A stretch of DNA of 64,000 nucleotides from Clostridia bacterium (GTDB taxonomy: Bacteria; Bacillota; Clostridia; Oscillospirales; CAG-272). The position numbers were made by a program, and so were the translations under genes. Shown one piece after another: positions 1 to 9,210 of this stretch. The stretch's first letter is position 1. Every line of letters starts with the position of its first letter. The DNA is taken from positions 926-64,925 of the forward strand of contig JAFXHH010000002.1 in assembly GCA_017536475.1 (NCBI GenBank). The letters are read 5' to 3'. The notes below the pieces were generated by a model. That model worked only from the letters and a program-made list of their open reading frames with translations. It was not told the DNA's origin and did no database searches.

Positions 1-162
1 ATTGCCGCAGAGCCTGTTGCACGTACTGCCCAAATGGTATCACGGTGAGTTTTCCATAAATCACAGTGAGGATTATGCAAGCAAAATAAGAGAAATCGTC
101 CACGATTGATTTATAAACATATGAAATAAGGAATCAAATTCAAGAATAAGGAGGAAGGGCTT

Positions 163-2028
163 ATGAAAAAAACGAATACGAAAGAGCATGTTCTCGTGTG
201 CCTTTCCTCGTCCCCGTCAAATGCGAGAATCATAGAAACGGCATCAAAAATGGCAAAAGCCTTCGGAGCGAGCTTTACGGCATTGTACGTGCAAACACCT
301 GCCTCCGAGCTTATGCTTGATGCGGATAAGGCTCGTCTTGCAGATAATATTCGCTATGCTGAGTCACTTGGAGCGAACGTGGCGACCGTCATCGGAGATA
401 ACGTTGCGTTTCAGATTGCCGAGTTCTCACGGCTGTCGGGTATCACCAAGGTCGTTCTCGGAAGAAGCGTAGCTCCGAAGAAGCGACTTTTCAAAAAGCA
501 AACGCTTACAGATCAGCTTATCGCGCTTGCTCCGAATCTTGATGTACATATCATTCCCGATATGACTGTCAAGCAGAAGGAGCAAAAGGCTCGGTTGTTC
601 GGTAAGAGAACACTCTTGTCTACGCTTAAGGACTTTGGGATCAGTGCGCTTATTTTGGCAATCGCATCGGGAATATCCTTTGGGTTGCATTATATGGGCT
701 TTACCGATGCCAATATTATCACGGTATATATTCTTGCTGTTCTCGTCATATCGGTGCTAAACGAAAACAGATTTTGTTGGGTTATCAGCTCTGCCGCAGG
801 CGTTCTGTTGTTCAATTTCTTCTTTACCACCCCGAAGTTCTCTCTGATGGCTTATGACAAGGGCTATCCCGTAACATTCCTTGTGATGCTTGTCGCTTCA
901 TTGGTAACGGGCAGTATAGCCGCAAGAATGAAAAACCATGCCAAGCAATCGGCGCAGACGGCTTACAGAACGAAGATACTGCTTGACACCAACCAAATGC
1001 TTGCTAAAGCAAAGAGTTCAGACGAGATATTTGAAATAGCTGCCTCGCAAGCTAAAAAGCTGTTAGCGCTTGATGCCTTTGCGCTTCGTGATAATGACCT
1101 GTCAAAGCTCGGCATCACAGGCACGAGTCTATGCAAAACCGAGTCCTGCACCTATTATCCCATACACGCAAGCAATACGGTTTACGGAGCAATCGGAATA
1201 CAAAGCACCAAAACGGTCGATGCCTTTGAAAACAGTATTTTGCTTTCGATCCTTGGAGAATGTGCCTTGGCACTTGAAAGCGAAAGAAATGCGAGAGAAA
1301 AGGAAGCCTCGGCTATCCTTGCAGAGCAAGAGAAGCTACGCGCAAATCTGCTCCGCACCATATCTCACGACCTTCGCACACCGCTGACATCGATTTCCGG
1401 AAACGCAGGTAACCTTCTTGCCAATGATGAGATATTCGACATAGAAACGCGCCGTCAGATCTATGCCGATATTCGTGAGGATTCCGAGTGGCTCATCAGC
1501 CTTGTGGAAAATCTTCTGTCGGTATCCCGTATGGGAGATGGCAAGAGCGACATACGGATGTCCGCCGAGGTTGTTTCCGATGTTATTGATGAAGCAGTCA
1601 GACGCACCGAGAAAAATGCAAGCGAGCATAAGCTCACCGTCAAGGAAAACGACGGAATACTGCTTGCGCGGATGGATGCAAGACTTATCGTTCAAGTCTT
1701 GATCAATCTGATTGACAATGCGATCAAATATACACCGAGTGGTTCTGAAATAGAGATCTCAGCAGTCGAAAAGGACAATGAAATTGCAATTACCGTAGCG
1801 GATAACGGACACGGAATTGCAGACGAGATAAAGCCCCGTGTGTTCGATATGTTCTATACGGGTGCTGAAAAAATTGCCGACAGCCGCAGAAGTCTCGGTC
1901 TTGGACTTGCGCTCTGCAAGTCTATTGTAAATGCTCACGGCGGCGAGATCACCGTGACCGACAACAAGCCGCACGGTGCGGTATTTACCTTTACATTACC
2001 AAAGGAGGAGGTGGAGATCAGTGAATAA
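163..2028 (+). CDS. kdpD: KdpD-like sensor histidine kinase (Usp domain, 4 TM, HisKA, HATPase) lacking the N-terminal KdpD domain
   Basis: EHVLVCLSSSPSN Usp-like start, 4 TM segments, SHDLRTPLTSI H-box, NLIDNAIKYT N-box, SLGLGL G2-box; GAGGAAGG RBS. Confidence 0.85.
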   Translation: MKKTNTKEHVLVCLSSSPSNARIIETASKMAKAFGASFTALYVQTPASELMLDADKARLADNIRYAESLGANVATVIGDNVAFQIAEFSRLSGITKVVLGRSVAPKKRLFKKQTLTDQLIALAPNLDVHIIPDMTVKQKEQKARLFGKRTLLSTLKDFGISALILAIASGISFGLHYMGFTDANIITVYILAVLVISVLNENRFCWVISSAAGVLLFNFFFTTPKFSLMAYDKGYPVTFLVMLVASLVTGSIAARMKNHAKQSAQTAYRTKILLDTNQMLAKAKSSDEIFEIAASQAKKLLALDAFALRDNDLSKLGITGTSLCKTESCTYYPIHASNTVYGAIGIQSTKTVDAFENSILLSILGECALALESERNAREKEASAILAEQEKLRANLLRTISHDLRTPLTSISGNAGNLLANDEIFDIETRRQIYADIREDSEWLISLVENLLSVSRMGDGKSDIRMSAEVVSDVIDEAVRRTEKNASEHKLTVKENDGILLARMDARLIVQVLINLIDNAIKYTPSGSEIEISAVEKDNEIAITVADNGHGIADEIKPRVFDMFYTGAEKIADSRRSLGLGLALCKSIVNAHGGEITVTDNKPHGAVFTFTLPKEEVEISE

Positions 2029-2716
2029 ACCCTTGATACTCGTAGTCGAGGACGATGCGCCCGTTCGTAATCTGATTACAACGACCTTAAAGGCGCAAGA
2101 CTATAAATTTATAACGGCACAGAACGGAAACAACGCTATAATGGAAGCATCCTCGCACAATCCCGATATCGTTCTGCTGGATCTCGGTCTTCCCGATATG
2201 GATGGCGTTGAGGTTATTGAGAGAATACGCACGTGGTCGGATATGCCGATCATCGTCATCAGCGCACGCAGTGAGGATAAAGACAAAATTGATGCCCTTG
2301 ATGCAGGCGCGGATGATTATTTGACAAAGCCCTTTTCCGTAGAGGAATTACTTGCAAGACTTCGTGTAACTCAGAGGAGATTGACGGCTAACCGTAGCGA
2401 AAACACAAGCTCGGTATTCACAAACGGAGCTTTGAGGATCGACTATGCCGCAGGCTGTGCATATCTCGGAGAGAATGAGTTGCATCTAACCCCTATCGAA
2501 TACAGAATACTGTGTCTGCTTGCCGCAAACGTCGGCAAGGTATTAACGCACACCTTCATCACGCAAAAGATATGGGGCGCGGCGTGGGAGAATAACGTAG
2601 CCTCTCTCCGTGTCTTTATGGCAACGCTCCGCAAGAAGATCGAAGTAGCCCCCGACTCGCCGCAGTATATCCAAACCCACATCGGTGTTGGATACAGAAT
2701 GATGAGGGTAGAATAA
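2021..2716 (+). CDS. kdpE: KdpE/OmpR-family response regulator
   Basis: GTG start overlapping the kinase stop with GGAGG RBS; VVEDD, LLDLGLPD, DDYLTKPF receiver motifs; winged-helix C-terminus THIGVGYR. Confidence 0.88.
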   Translation: MNKPLILVVEDDAPVRNLITTTLKAQDYKFITAQNGNNAIMEASSHNPDIVLLDLGLPDMDGVEVIERIRTWSDMPIIVISARSEDKDKIDALDAGADDYLTKPFSVEELLARLRVTQRRLTANRSENTSSVFTNGALRIDYAAGCAYLGENELHLTPIEYRILCLLAANVGKVLTHTFITQKIWGAAWENNVASLRVFMATLRKKIEVAPDSPQYIQTHIGVGYRMMRVE

Positions 2717-2742
2717 TATGTCACAGTAAAACCGATAAAACA

Positions 2743-2784
2743 AGCCCGCTATGTAATCTCGCAAGAAAAGCATAGCGGGCTATT
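2743..2784 (+). terminator. Probable rho-independent terminator after kdpE
   Basis: Inverted repeat AGCCCGCTATG...CATAGCGGGCT followed by a T-rich tract. Confidence 0.55.
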
Positions 2785-2929
2785 TGATTATTTAATTAAA
2801 GCAACGGCAGTATCCGTATCGACATCGAACTTGCTTTCGATGGGAAGCTCTGAATCTTAAGCAGCGCAGATATAGCGTATTCTTGCAAAACTGTCCTTTA
2901 GTATCTGCCATAAGCTTCTCCGTTTTTTA

Positions 2930-3730
2930 TTATCCAACGTAAACCACGCCGTCACAGTGCTTGATCTCACCCTCGAGCCGCTGACAGTGAATATCACCGC
3001 CGCAATTCGTGATAGTGTGAACGTCTCCACAGGTCACATCGTCCCCTGCCGTAACCGAAGCACCAACGTTGCCGCAATTAACGCCGTCGCCTGCGTGAAC
3101 CGACATTCCTACGTTTCCGCAGTTTACTCCGTCGCCTGCGTGAACCGACATTCCTACATTACCGCAAGCAACTCCGTCACCCGCCTGAACCGACATTCCT
3201 ACGTTTCCGCAAGCAACCCCGTCTCCTGCAGTAACGTTTCCGCCTATATCTCCCTCAATATGCGCGTTTCCGACTATATGAACGTTCACCGTTTTTCCGT
3301 CTCCAATAGTTTTGTCGTCAATAGCCAGCGGAATAACCACGTCACGCTTGTAGTCATTCTCTCTGATAAGTTTTCTGCCCACAAACTGAAGCACGCGCAG
3401 ATCCTTGTCGTCAGGCAACGCGTCAAAATAATAACGCCCGAGAGCGTCACGTCGGTCAAAGTGCTGTCCTTCTCCGTCGGGGTTCTCCTCACGATCGCTC
3501 TCCCTACGACCTATATCAGTATCCTTGTCAAGCAAAAGCTTGTCAATCGTGATCCCGAAAAGCTCCGACAAAGCGATTATTGAATCGATATCGGGAATAG
3601 AAAGCATGCACTCCCATTTGCTGACCGCCTGCGATGTCACTCCGAGTCTTTCCGCCAGCGCCTCTTGACTGAGGCAGAGTTCTTTTCTATATTTCTTGAT
3701 GTTGTTAGATATGTTGCTCTGAATATCCAT
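2930..3730 (-). CDS. XRE-family HTH regulator with C-terminal 15-aa beta-helix-like repeats
   Basis: IKKYRKELCLSQEALAERLGVTSQAVSKWE HTH_3 motif; repeated GNVGMSVxAGDGVxC; start MDIQ chosen after AAGGA RBS. Confidence 0.8.
   Translation of the reverse strand: MDIQSNISNNIKKYRKELCLSQEALAERLGVTSQAVSKWECMLSIPDIDSIIALSELFGITIDKLLLDKDTDIGRRESDREENPDGEGQHFDRRDALGRYYFDALPDDKDLRVLQFVGRKLIRENDYKRDVVIPLAIDDKTIGDGKTVNVHIVGNAHIEGDIGGNVTAGDGVACGNVGMSVQAGDGVACGNVGMSVHAGDGVNCGNVGMSVHAGDGVNCGNVGASVTAGDDVTCGDVHTITNCGGDIHCQRLEGEIKHCDGVVYVG
3030..3250 (-). repeat. 45-bp coding tandem repeats (about 5 units)
   Basis: Recurrent ccgtcgcctgcgtgaaccgacattcctacg units at 45-nt period. Confidence 0.85.
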
Positions 3731-3903
3731 AAAAAATTCCTTTCTCACCTTCGCCGCGTCCGACGTATCGGGATAATCGATTTCCTTTACTATATTGTAG
3801 CATATTTCCCACAAAAACACAACATACCGTCCGTTGTATCACCGATTTTTTATACAACTGACAGTTGGATTTTGCTTTTTTCACTAAAAAATATCAAACC
3901 CCC

Positions 3904-3963
3904 TTGACATTTCCCCCATAGAATGATATAATATAACCAACACTTGAACAATTATTCAATTAT
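3904..3963 (+). promoter_or_regulatory. Sigma-A promoter and ArsR/SmtB operator
   Basis: TTGACA(3904)-17 nt-TATAAT(3927) with extended TG; palindrome TTGAA-CAATTA-TTCAA at 3944-3959. Confidence 0.75.
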
Positions 3964-3982
3964 CGAACGAAAGGACGCCCAA

Positions 3983-4351
3983 ATGCATCAGGATCAAGAA
4001 AAATTGCCCATGTGTGAGCACGAGTCGGCTCACACCACCGACCAAAGCCCCGCCGTCAACATCTCCCTTCCCGACGACGAGCATTTCTTCGACCTCGCCG
4101 AATTTTTCTCGGTCATCGGAGACAGCACTCGAATCAAAATTTTGTACCTCCTCTTTAACGGCGAGTGCTGCGTCTGCGACATCTCCGAAAAGCTCGGAAT
4201 GAGTATGTCCGCGATCTCCCACCAGCTTCGCGTCCTCAAAAATTCGCGTATAGTTAAATACCGCAAGGTCGGCAAATCCGTCCTCTATTCCCTCGACGAC
4301 GACCACGTCAAAACCATTATCAACATGGGCGTCGAGCATATAGAGGAGTGA
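3983..4351 (+). CDS. ArsR/SmtB (CadC/ZiaR-like) metal-sensing repressor
   Basis: GDSTRIKIL, CVCDI, SAISHQLRVLK, YSLDDDHV..EH alpha5 metal site; AAGGA RBS. Confidence 0.9.
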   Translation: MHQDQEKLPMCEHESAHTTDQSPAVNISLPDDEHFFDLAEFFSVIGDSTRIKILYLLFNGECCVCDISEKLGMSMSAISHQLRVLKNSRIVKYRKVGKSVLYSLDDDHVKTIINMGVEHIEE

Positions 4352-4354
4352 GGG

Positions 4355-4525
4355 AAAGGGATTGCGGAACCTTTCTTTCGCAGAAAGGTTCCGCGCCTCC
4401 AAAGAACTTCAATTAGGATAGATGAAGCTACAGACGTTTTGGGGTTTAAAACGGTGGAGCATATAATTTTTGTTTAACCCATGTGGGAAGTTTCTTTGCT
4501 TCTTTCTTTTCAAAGAAAGAAGAGA
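4355..4525. repeat. REP-like multi-hairpin intergenic element
   Basis: GCGGAACCTTTCT-ttcgc-AGAAAGGTTCCGC and CTTCTTTCTTT-tc-AAAGAAAGAAG palindromes inside the metal-resistance operon. Confidence 0.55.
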
Positions 4526-4566
4526 AAATCCATGCACAAACTACCTAAATACGAAAGGATAAAATC

Positions 4567-4788
4567 ATGAAAAAAACATTCACACTTGACGAAGTAGACT
4601 GCGCGAACTGCGCGGCGAAAATGGAAGTAGCCATTAACAAAATCGAGGGCGTCAGCTCGGCAACGGTCAGCTTTATGACACAGAAGCTCACGATCGAGGC
4701 AGACGAAAAGGATTTTGACAAGATACTTAAGGCGGCTCAGAAGGCGATCAGGAAGATCGAGCCCGACTGCCGCATCGTGATTGACTGA
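4567..4788 (+). CDS. Stand-alone heavy-metal-associated (HMA) domain protein
   Basis: DCANCAAKME CxxC motif, 73 aa, adjacent to a P1B ATPase. Confidence 0.9.
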   Translation: MKKTFTLDEVDCANCAAKMEVAINKIEGVSSATVSFMTQKLTIEADEKDFDKILKAAQKAIRKIEPDCRIVID

Positions 4789-6694
4789 AATGCGAAAAAA
4801 GGACAAAAAGCAACTGCTCAGAATCATTATTTCGGCAGTTGCACTGATATCAGTCGCGCTGACCGACCGTTTTGACCTGATCCCGAAGCTTCTCTGCATA
4901 AACGGCTTCGATCTGCAAGCACTTTTGCTTTATATGATCCCCTACCTCATAGTCGGCGGCACGGTTCTGATGCGCGCGGCAAGGGGAATTTTGCACGGTC
5001 AAATGTTCGACGAAAATTTCCTGATGTCGATCGCCACGATAGGCGCTTTCGCGATCGGCGAATACTCCGAGGCGGTCTTCGTTATGCTCTTTTATAGCGT
5101 CGGGGAGCTTTTCGAGCACGTCGCAGTCAATAAGAGCCGCGGCTCGATCAAGGCACTGCTTTCGATCCGCGCAGATACGGCTTTCGTCGAAAACGGCGAC
5201 GGCGAACTTGTCGAGATCCCATGCGAGCAAATCGCAATAGGCGACGTAATTTGTGTCAAGCCGGGCGGCAAGATCGCGCTCGACGGCGAGATAATTGAGG
5301 GCTCGACTTCTATCAACACCGTCGCACTTACAGGCGAATCGCTCCCCCGCGACGTAAAGGAAGGCGACATAGTGCTCAGCGGATGCGTCAATATGCAGGG
5401 CTTTATAAAGATCAAGGTCACCAAGCTCTTTGGCGACTCGACCGTCTCCAAGATACTTCAGCTTGTCGAAAGCTCGGTTGAAAACAAATCGAAAAGTGAG
5501 AATTTCATCACGAAATTCGCTCGATTTTATACCCCTGCGGTCGTCGGCGCGGCGGCGCTTCTGGCAATCCTCCCTCCCCTTATCATCGGCGCAGATAGCA
5601 TTGACGTCTGGCAGAATTGGGTGGGTCGCGCAATGACCTTCCTCGTCATAAGCTGTCCTTGCGCGCTCGTCATCTCGGTTCCGCTTTCCTATTTCGGTGG
5701 AATCGGCTCGGCATCCTCAAAAGGAATCTTGGTCAAGGGCTCAAGCTATCTTGATGCACTCGCCAAGTGCGACACCGTAGTTTTTGACAAAACCGGCACT
5801 CTCACCGAGGGCAATTTTACGGTCACGGATATAAAGACCGAAAACGGCATTGACCGAGAGAATCTGCTCTCCCTCGCATCTGCCGCAGAAAAATATTCAA
5901 CTCACCCTATCTCGCTTGCTATAATCGCCGCCGCAAACGCCGAAATTTGCGCCACAGGGCACGAAGCGACCGAAATAGAGGAAGTCTCGGGCCGCGGAGT
6001 CAAGGCTCTTGTAGAAGAAAAGCTCCTGCTTGTCGGCAATGCCGAGCTAATGAAAGAAAACAACGTTTTCCTGACCTCTGACAGCCTCGCGGAGCGCGGA
6101 GTGACGGTACACGTAGCACACGGCAGCGAATACATCGGAGCGATCACAGTCTCCGACTGCCCCAAAGCAAAGGCAAGCTCTGCGCTCGCAAAGCTCCGTA
6201 AGCTTGGAGTCAAAAGGACGGTTATGCTCACGGGCGACCGCGCCGCAGAAGCCAAGCTGACCGCGGCAGAGCTCGGCATTGACGAATATCACGCAGAGCT
6301 CCTCCCCGCCGACAAGGTGACCGCGATCGAAGATCTCCTCCGCGAGAGTAAAAACGGCGCAAACGTAGCATTCGTAGGCGACGGCATCAACGACGCCCCC
6401 GTCCTTGCGAGAGCCGACGTCGGCATCGCCATGGGCGCGCTCGGCTCGGACGCGGCAATAGAAGCCGCCGACGTCGTGCTTATGAACGACGACCTCGACA
6501 GAATAGGCGATGCCATTTTGCTTGCCAAGAAAACACGCCGCATCGTGATACAAAACATCGTTTTCGCGCTTGGTGTCAAGGCAGGCGTGCTCGCGCTCGG
6601 CGCACTCGGACTCGTAGGACTCAACGCCGCAGTCTTTGCCGACGTCGGAGTCGCAGTCATTGCGATCCTCAACTCAATGCGAGCTCTTAGATGA
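4781..6694 (+). CDS. cadA: Cd/Zn/Pb-translocating P1B-type ATPase
   Basis: FDENFLM, TGES, SCPCAL, DKTGTLT, STHPI, GDGINDAP motifs; start may be the ATG at 4790. Confidence 0.92.
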   Translation: MTEMRKKDKKQLLRIIISAVALISVALTDRFDLIPKLLCINGFDLQALLLYMIPYLIVGGTVLMRAARGILHGQMFDENFLMSIATIGAFAIGEYSEAVFVMLFYSVGELFEHVAVNKSRGSIKALLSIRADTAFVENGDGELVEIPCEQIAIGDVICVKPGGKIALDGEIIEGSTSINTVALTGESLPRDVKEGDIVLSGCVNMQGFIKIKVTKLFGDSTVSKILQLVESSVENKSKSENFITKFARFYTPAVVGAAALLAILPPLIIGADSIDVWQNWVGRAMTFLVISCPCALVISVPLSYFGGIGSASSKGILVKGSSYLDALAKCDTVVFDKTGTLTEGNFTVTDIKTENGIDRENLLSLASAAEKYSTHPISLAIIAAANAEICATGHEATEIEEVSGRGVKALVEEKLLLVGNAELMKENNVFLTSDSLAERGVTVHVAHGSEYIGAITVSDCPKAKASSALAKLRKLGVKRTVMLTGDRAAEAKLTAAELGIDEYHAELLPADKVTAIEDLLRESKNGANVAFVGDGINDAPVLARADVGIAMGALGSDAAIEAADVVLMNDDLDRIGDAILLAKKTRRIVIQNIVFALGVKAGVLALGALGLVGLNAAVFADVGVAVIAILNSMRALR

Positions 6695-6709
6695 TCAGAT
6701 ATTTCACAC

Positions 6710-6743
6710 AAAAAACGCTTGTGAATACTCACAAGCGTTTTTT
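6710..6743. terminator. Bidirectional terminator
   Basis: AAAAACGCTTGTGA-atac-TCACAAGCGTTTTT between convergent genes. Confidence 0.8.
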
Positions 6744-6749
6744 GTTTTA

Positions 6750-7484
6750 TTATCGAATAGCCTTGTCCAGATATTCGAGAGAAAGCTTTACCATCTTCTC
6801 ACCTAGCTCGGCATTTGCCCTCTCGGCACTCTTGGTAAACCAATGAGGTCTTTCACCGATTCGGTCAAGCTCCACGCAATCGGGATAAAGCGCCATAAGT
6901 ATCGAGCACTCAAACTCGCCCGCGTGGTCGTAGCCCGTGGCATTTTGAACCGCGGTGCTCATCGTGGGAATGACCTTGATCCAGTTGAAGGGGTTGTTGT
7001 CGCCCTCAAGCTGCTCGTAATAATTAGCGTAGCTTTCACTTCCCCACCAGCCCTGACCGAGCGTTTTTTCGAGATATGCCATAGTCGCTCTTTTGGCCGC
7101 CATACGGTAGCAAAGAGTCATCGGCATCTCGCTCTCCTGCTCAAACTGATGGTGAATGACCACGTAAATATTGCGGTATCCCGCCGAAAGCAGACTCATA
7201 AACACGTAATAAACGTAGTTTTCAAAAGCCCTCTCCTCAACGTGAACCGTGCCACTCTTGTCGTCACCGACCGCATAGCTCGAGGGGCTGTAGCTGATGG
7301 TGGGCGCAAGCATGATCTCCTTTGTCTTCATCAACTCCTTGATCAAGCCCTCTGCAACGAGGGTATCACAGCCGTAGGAGCAATGAGGACCGTGATATTC
7401 AACTGTTCCCGCGGGAATGACCAGCGGTATGTTCTCCCTTTGTGCGCGTTCAGCCTCTCTGGGAAAAGAATGATCCAAAATCAT
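6750..7484 (-). CDS. Creatininase / creatinine amidohydrolase family protein (divergent)
   Basis: PAGTVEYHGPHCSYGCD and DHAGEFECS motifs; usual NGHGGN replaced by IHHQFEQ. Confidence 0.82.
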   Translation of the reverse strand: MILDHSFPREAERAQRENIPLVIPAGTVEYHGPHCSYGCDTLVAEGLIKELMKTKEIMLAPTISYSPSSYAVGDDKSGTVHVEERAFENYVYYVFMSLLSAGYRNIYVVIHHQFEQESEMPMTLCYRMAAKRATMAYLEKTLGQGWWGSESYANYYEQLEGDNNPFNWIKVIPTMSTAVQNATGYDHAGEFECSILMALYPDCVELDRIGERPHWFTKSAERANAELGEKMVKLSLEYLDKAIR

Positions 7485-7511
7485 AATAATCCTCCTTAAA
7501 AACCCAAGCCC

Positions 7512-7874
7512 TTAAAACGCAAGGGTCGTGTAATACGCGAGATTGACCTGACGGTTGTCAAGACGGCCGTACTGCACTACGATCTCGGTGGAGCTTTCGA
7601 GCTTCATCGCGTACTGAGTCTCCTTCTCAACAACGTATCCGCACATATCGTCGACGTTGTTCATACGGAAGCACTTGACTCTCTGGGGCTCAACAACCCA
7701 CTCAATGTCGGTATAAGGCTCTTTGTCCACAAAGAACAGCTTTACCTTGATGTGCGAGGTCTTGTCGGTGTCGTTAACAACGATCACGCTCTCGTGGCCC
7801 TTAAGCTCGCCCTCACCCTCGGGAGGAAGCTCGCAATCGGGGATGATCCAATTTTTCTTTCCGCAGACTTCCAT
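7512..7874 (-). CDS. Sensory rhodopsin transducer (ASRT)-family beta-sandwich protein
   Basis: GKKNWIIPD, GHESVIVVN and IVVQYGRLDNRQ signatures; 120 aa. Confidence 0.8.
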   Translation of the reverse strand: MEVCGKKNWIIPDCELPPEGEGELKGHESVIVVNDTDKTSHIKVKLFFVDKEPYTDIEWVVEPQRVKCFRMNNVDDMCGYVVEKETQYAMKLESSTEIVVQYGRLDNRQVNLAYYTTLAF

Positions 7875-7875
7875 A

Positions 7876-9048
7876 TCAGAACTCCAATTCTATAATGCCC
7901 TTCTTGAGGTAATCGGTATAGCTCTCGATGCCGTCCTTCTTGATGGCAACGCCCTTTTCCCAACGGCAACCGAAGGTAGGTCCGGAGATAAAGGTATCGA
8001 TCTGGAAGGTCATATTCTCCTCGAGCAGATAGTCGGTGCTGGTCTCCATCCAGGGGGCCTCAACCTCGATCATACCTGTTCCGTGGCAAGGACCGTAAAC
8101 GTAGTTCTTCTCATATCCCGCATCCTTGTACTTCTGAAGGAATGCCTTTGCAACGTCACTCGCCATAACGCCGGCCTTGAGATTTTCGCCGGTCCACTCG
8201 TGCATCTGACGGCAGAACTCAACAAGCTCACGGCGCTCGCCCTCAAGCTTGCCCATAATAACGGGAAGTCCGATACTGGGAGAATAGCCGTCTATCTTCG
8301 CGGAGAGGTTGAGCTGGACGATATCGCCCTTCTTGATCTCTCTGTAACGCGAACGGCTGATAGCGTGACGAGTGCTCTCCTCACTGAATACGTACATAGG
8401 AAGACCCTCGTACTCTGCGCCGTTTTCATAAATAACTCTCTGAGCAACGCCAACCATCTGAAGCTCGGTAACACCGGGCTTGAGGGATCTGATAACCTCG
8501 TCAGTAGCAAGCTCGATAATGCGGAAGCCCTCGCGGATACAAGCAAGCTCGTTAGCGCTCTTTATCTGACGGAGAGATACCATAATATCGTTGCACTTCA
8601 CTATCTCAGCCTTGGGATAAGCGTCCTTAAGTCCCTCGTAAATGGGGAGAGTGCACTCAACGTAGCTTCCAAGACCGATCTTGATATGCTCACCGGTAAC
8701 GCCGATAGCCTTGAACACATCGTTAAAGGTGCTTGCCTGAAGCTCGGGATAGGAGGGGTCTGCGGACTCACGGAATTCGCGAAGAACGAATACCTTGTCG
8801 ATCTTACCGAAGTCCTTTCCGAAAACTGCGGACTCGGGACCAACGAGAAGCGCCGCGTCACCGCTTGCACTGATAGCAACGCCCGCTCTTTCAAAGAGAG
8901 GCCAGAAGCCCGAGAAATATCTTGCGTTAGCGTAGTCACTCTCGGTGGAAGCTACGATCATAACGTCAAGTCCGCGATCGCGGAGCATCTTGGCTGCCTT
9001 CTGGATTCTTTCCTTATATTCCCAATCGGGTATGCATACTCTGTTCAT
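7876..9048 (-). CDS. M24 (Xaa-Pro peptidase / creatinase fold) family hydrolase
   Basis: Creatinase_N-like N-terminus, LRQIKSANEL, HGTGMIEVEAP, GCRWE; canonical Asp metal ligands appear replaced. Confidence 0.85.
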   Translation of the reverse strand: MNRVCIPDWEYKERIQKAAKMLRDRGLDVMIVASTESDYANARYFSGFWPLFERAGVAISASGDAALLVGPESAVFGKDFGKIDKVFVLREFRESADPSYPELQASTFNDVFKAIGVTGEHIKIGLGSYVECTLPIYEGLKDAYPKAEIVKCNDIMVSLRQIKSANELACIREGFRIIELATDEVIRSLKPGVTELQMVGVAQRVIYENGAEYEGLPMYVFSEESTRHAISRSRYREIKKGDIVQLNLSAKIDGYSPSIGLPVIMGKLEGERRELVEFCRQMHEWTGENLKAGVMASDVAKAFLQKYKDAGYEKNYVYGPCHGTGMIEVEAPWMETSTDYLLEENMTFQIDTFISGPTFGCRWEKGVAIKKDGIESYTDYLKKGIIELEF

Positions 9049-9175
9049 GGTTATTCTCCTTTTTTATAAAATTATTTTCATTTTCATTATACATTTTTTC
9101 GCACCTTTTGTATTTGCATTATCTTCAATATATTTTGAACTTTCGTAAATTTTTTTACTAAATTAGATAATGCTA

Positions 9176-9210
9176 TTGACAAAACCGCGACATCTGCTAT
9201 AATAAAAATA
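9176..9210 (+). promoter_or_regulatory. Sigma-A promoter of the AraC gene (probably leaderless)
   Basis: TTGACA(9176)-16 nt-TATAAT(9198, preceded by TGc), 6 nt before the ATG at 9210; no SD. Confidence 0.7.

Noticed and set aside
1-162. Possible gene end or mobile-element fragment at the window start
   Set aside because: Too short to assign and no recognisable motif
4567-6694. Separate HMA gene and ATPase as a possibly frameshifted single gene
   Set aside because: The HMA ORF is complete and stand-alone HMA plus CadA pairs are common in Clostridia
7512-7874. ASRT protein as evidence of light sensing
   Set aside because: No rhodopsin is in the window and the family commonly occurs without one
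7723-9069. Long antisense ORFs (also 35796-37094, 46503-47675, 51652-53175, 59053-60309)
   Set aside because: They are shadow frames opposite well-supported genes, expected from codon bias, with no RBS or protein motifs
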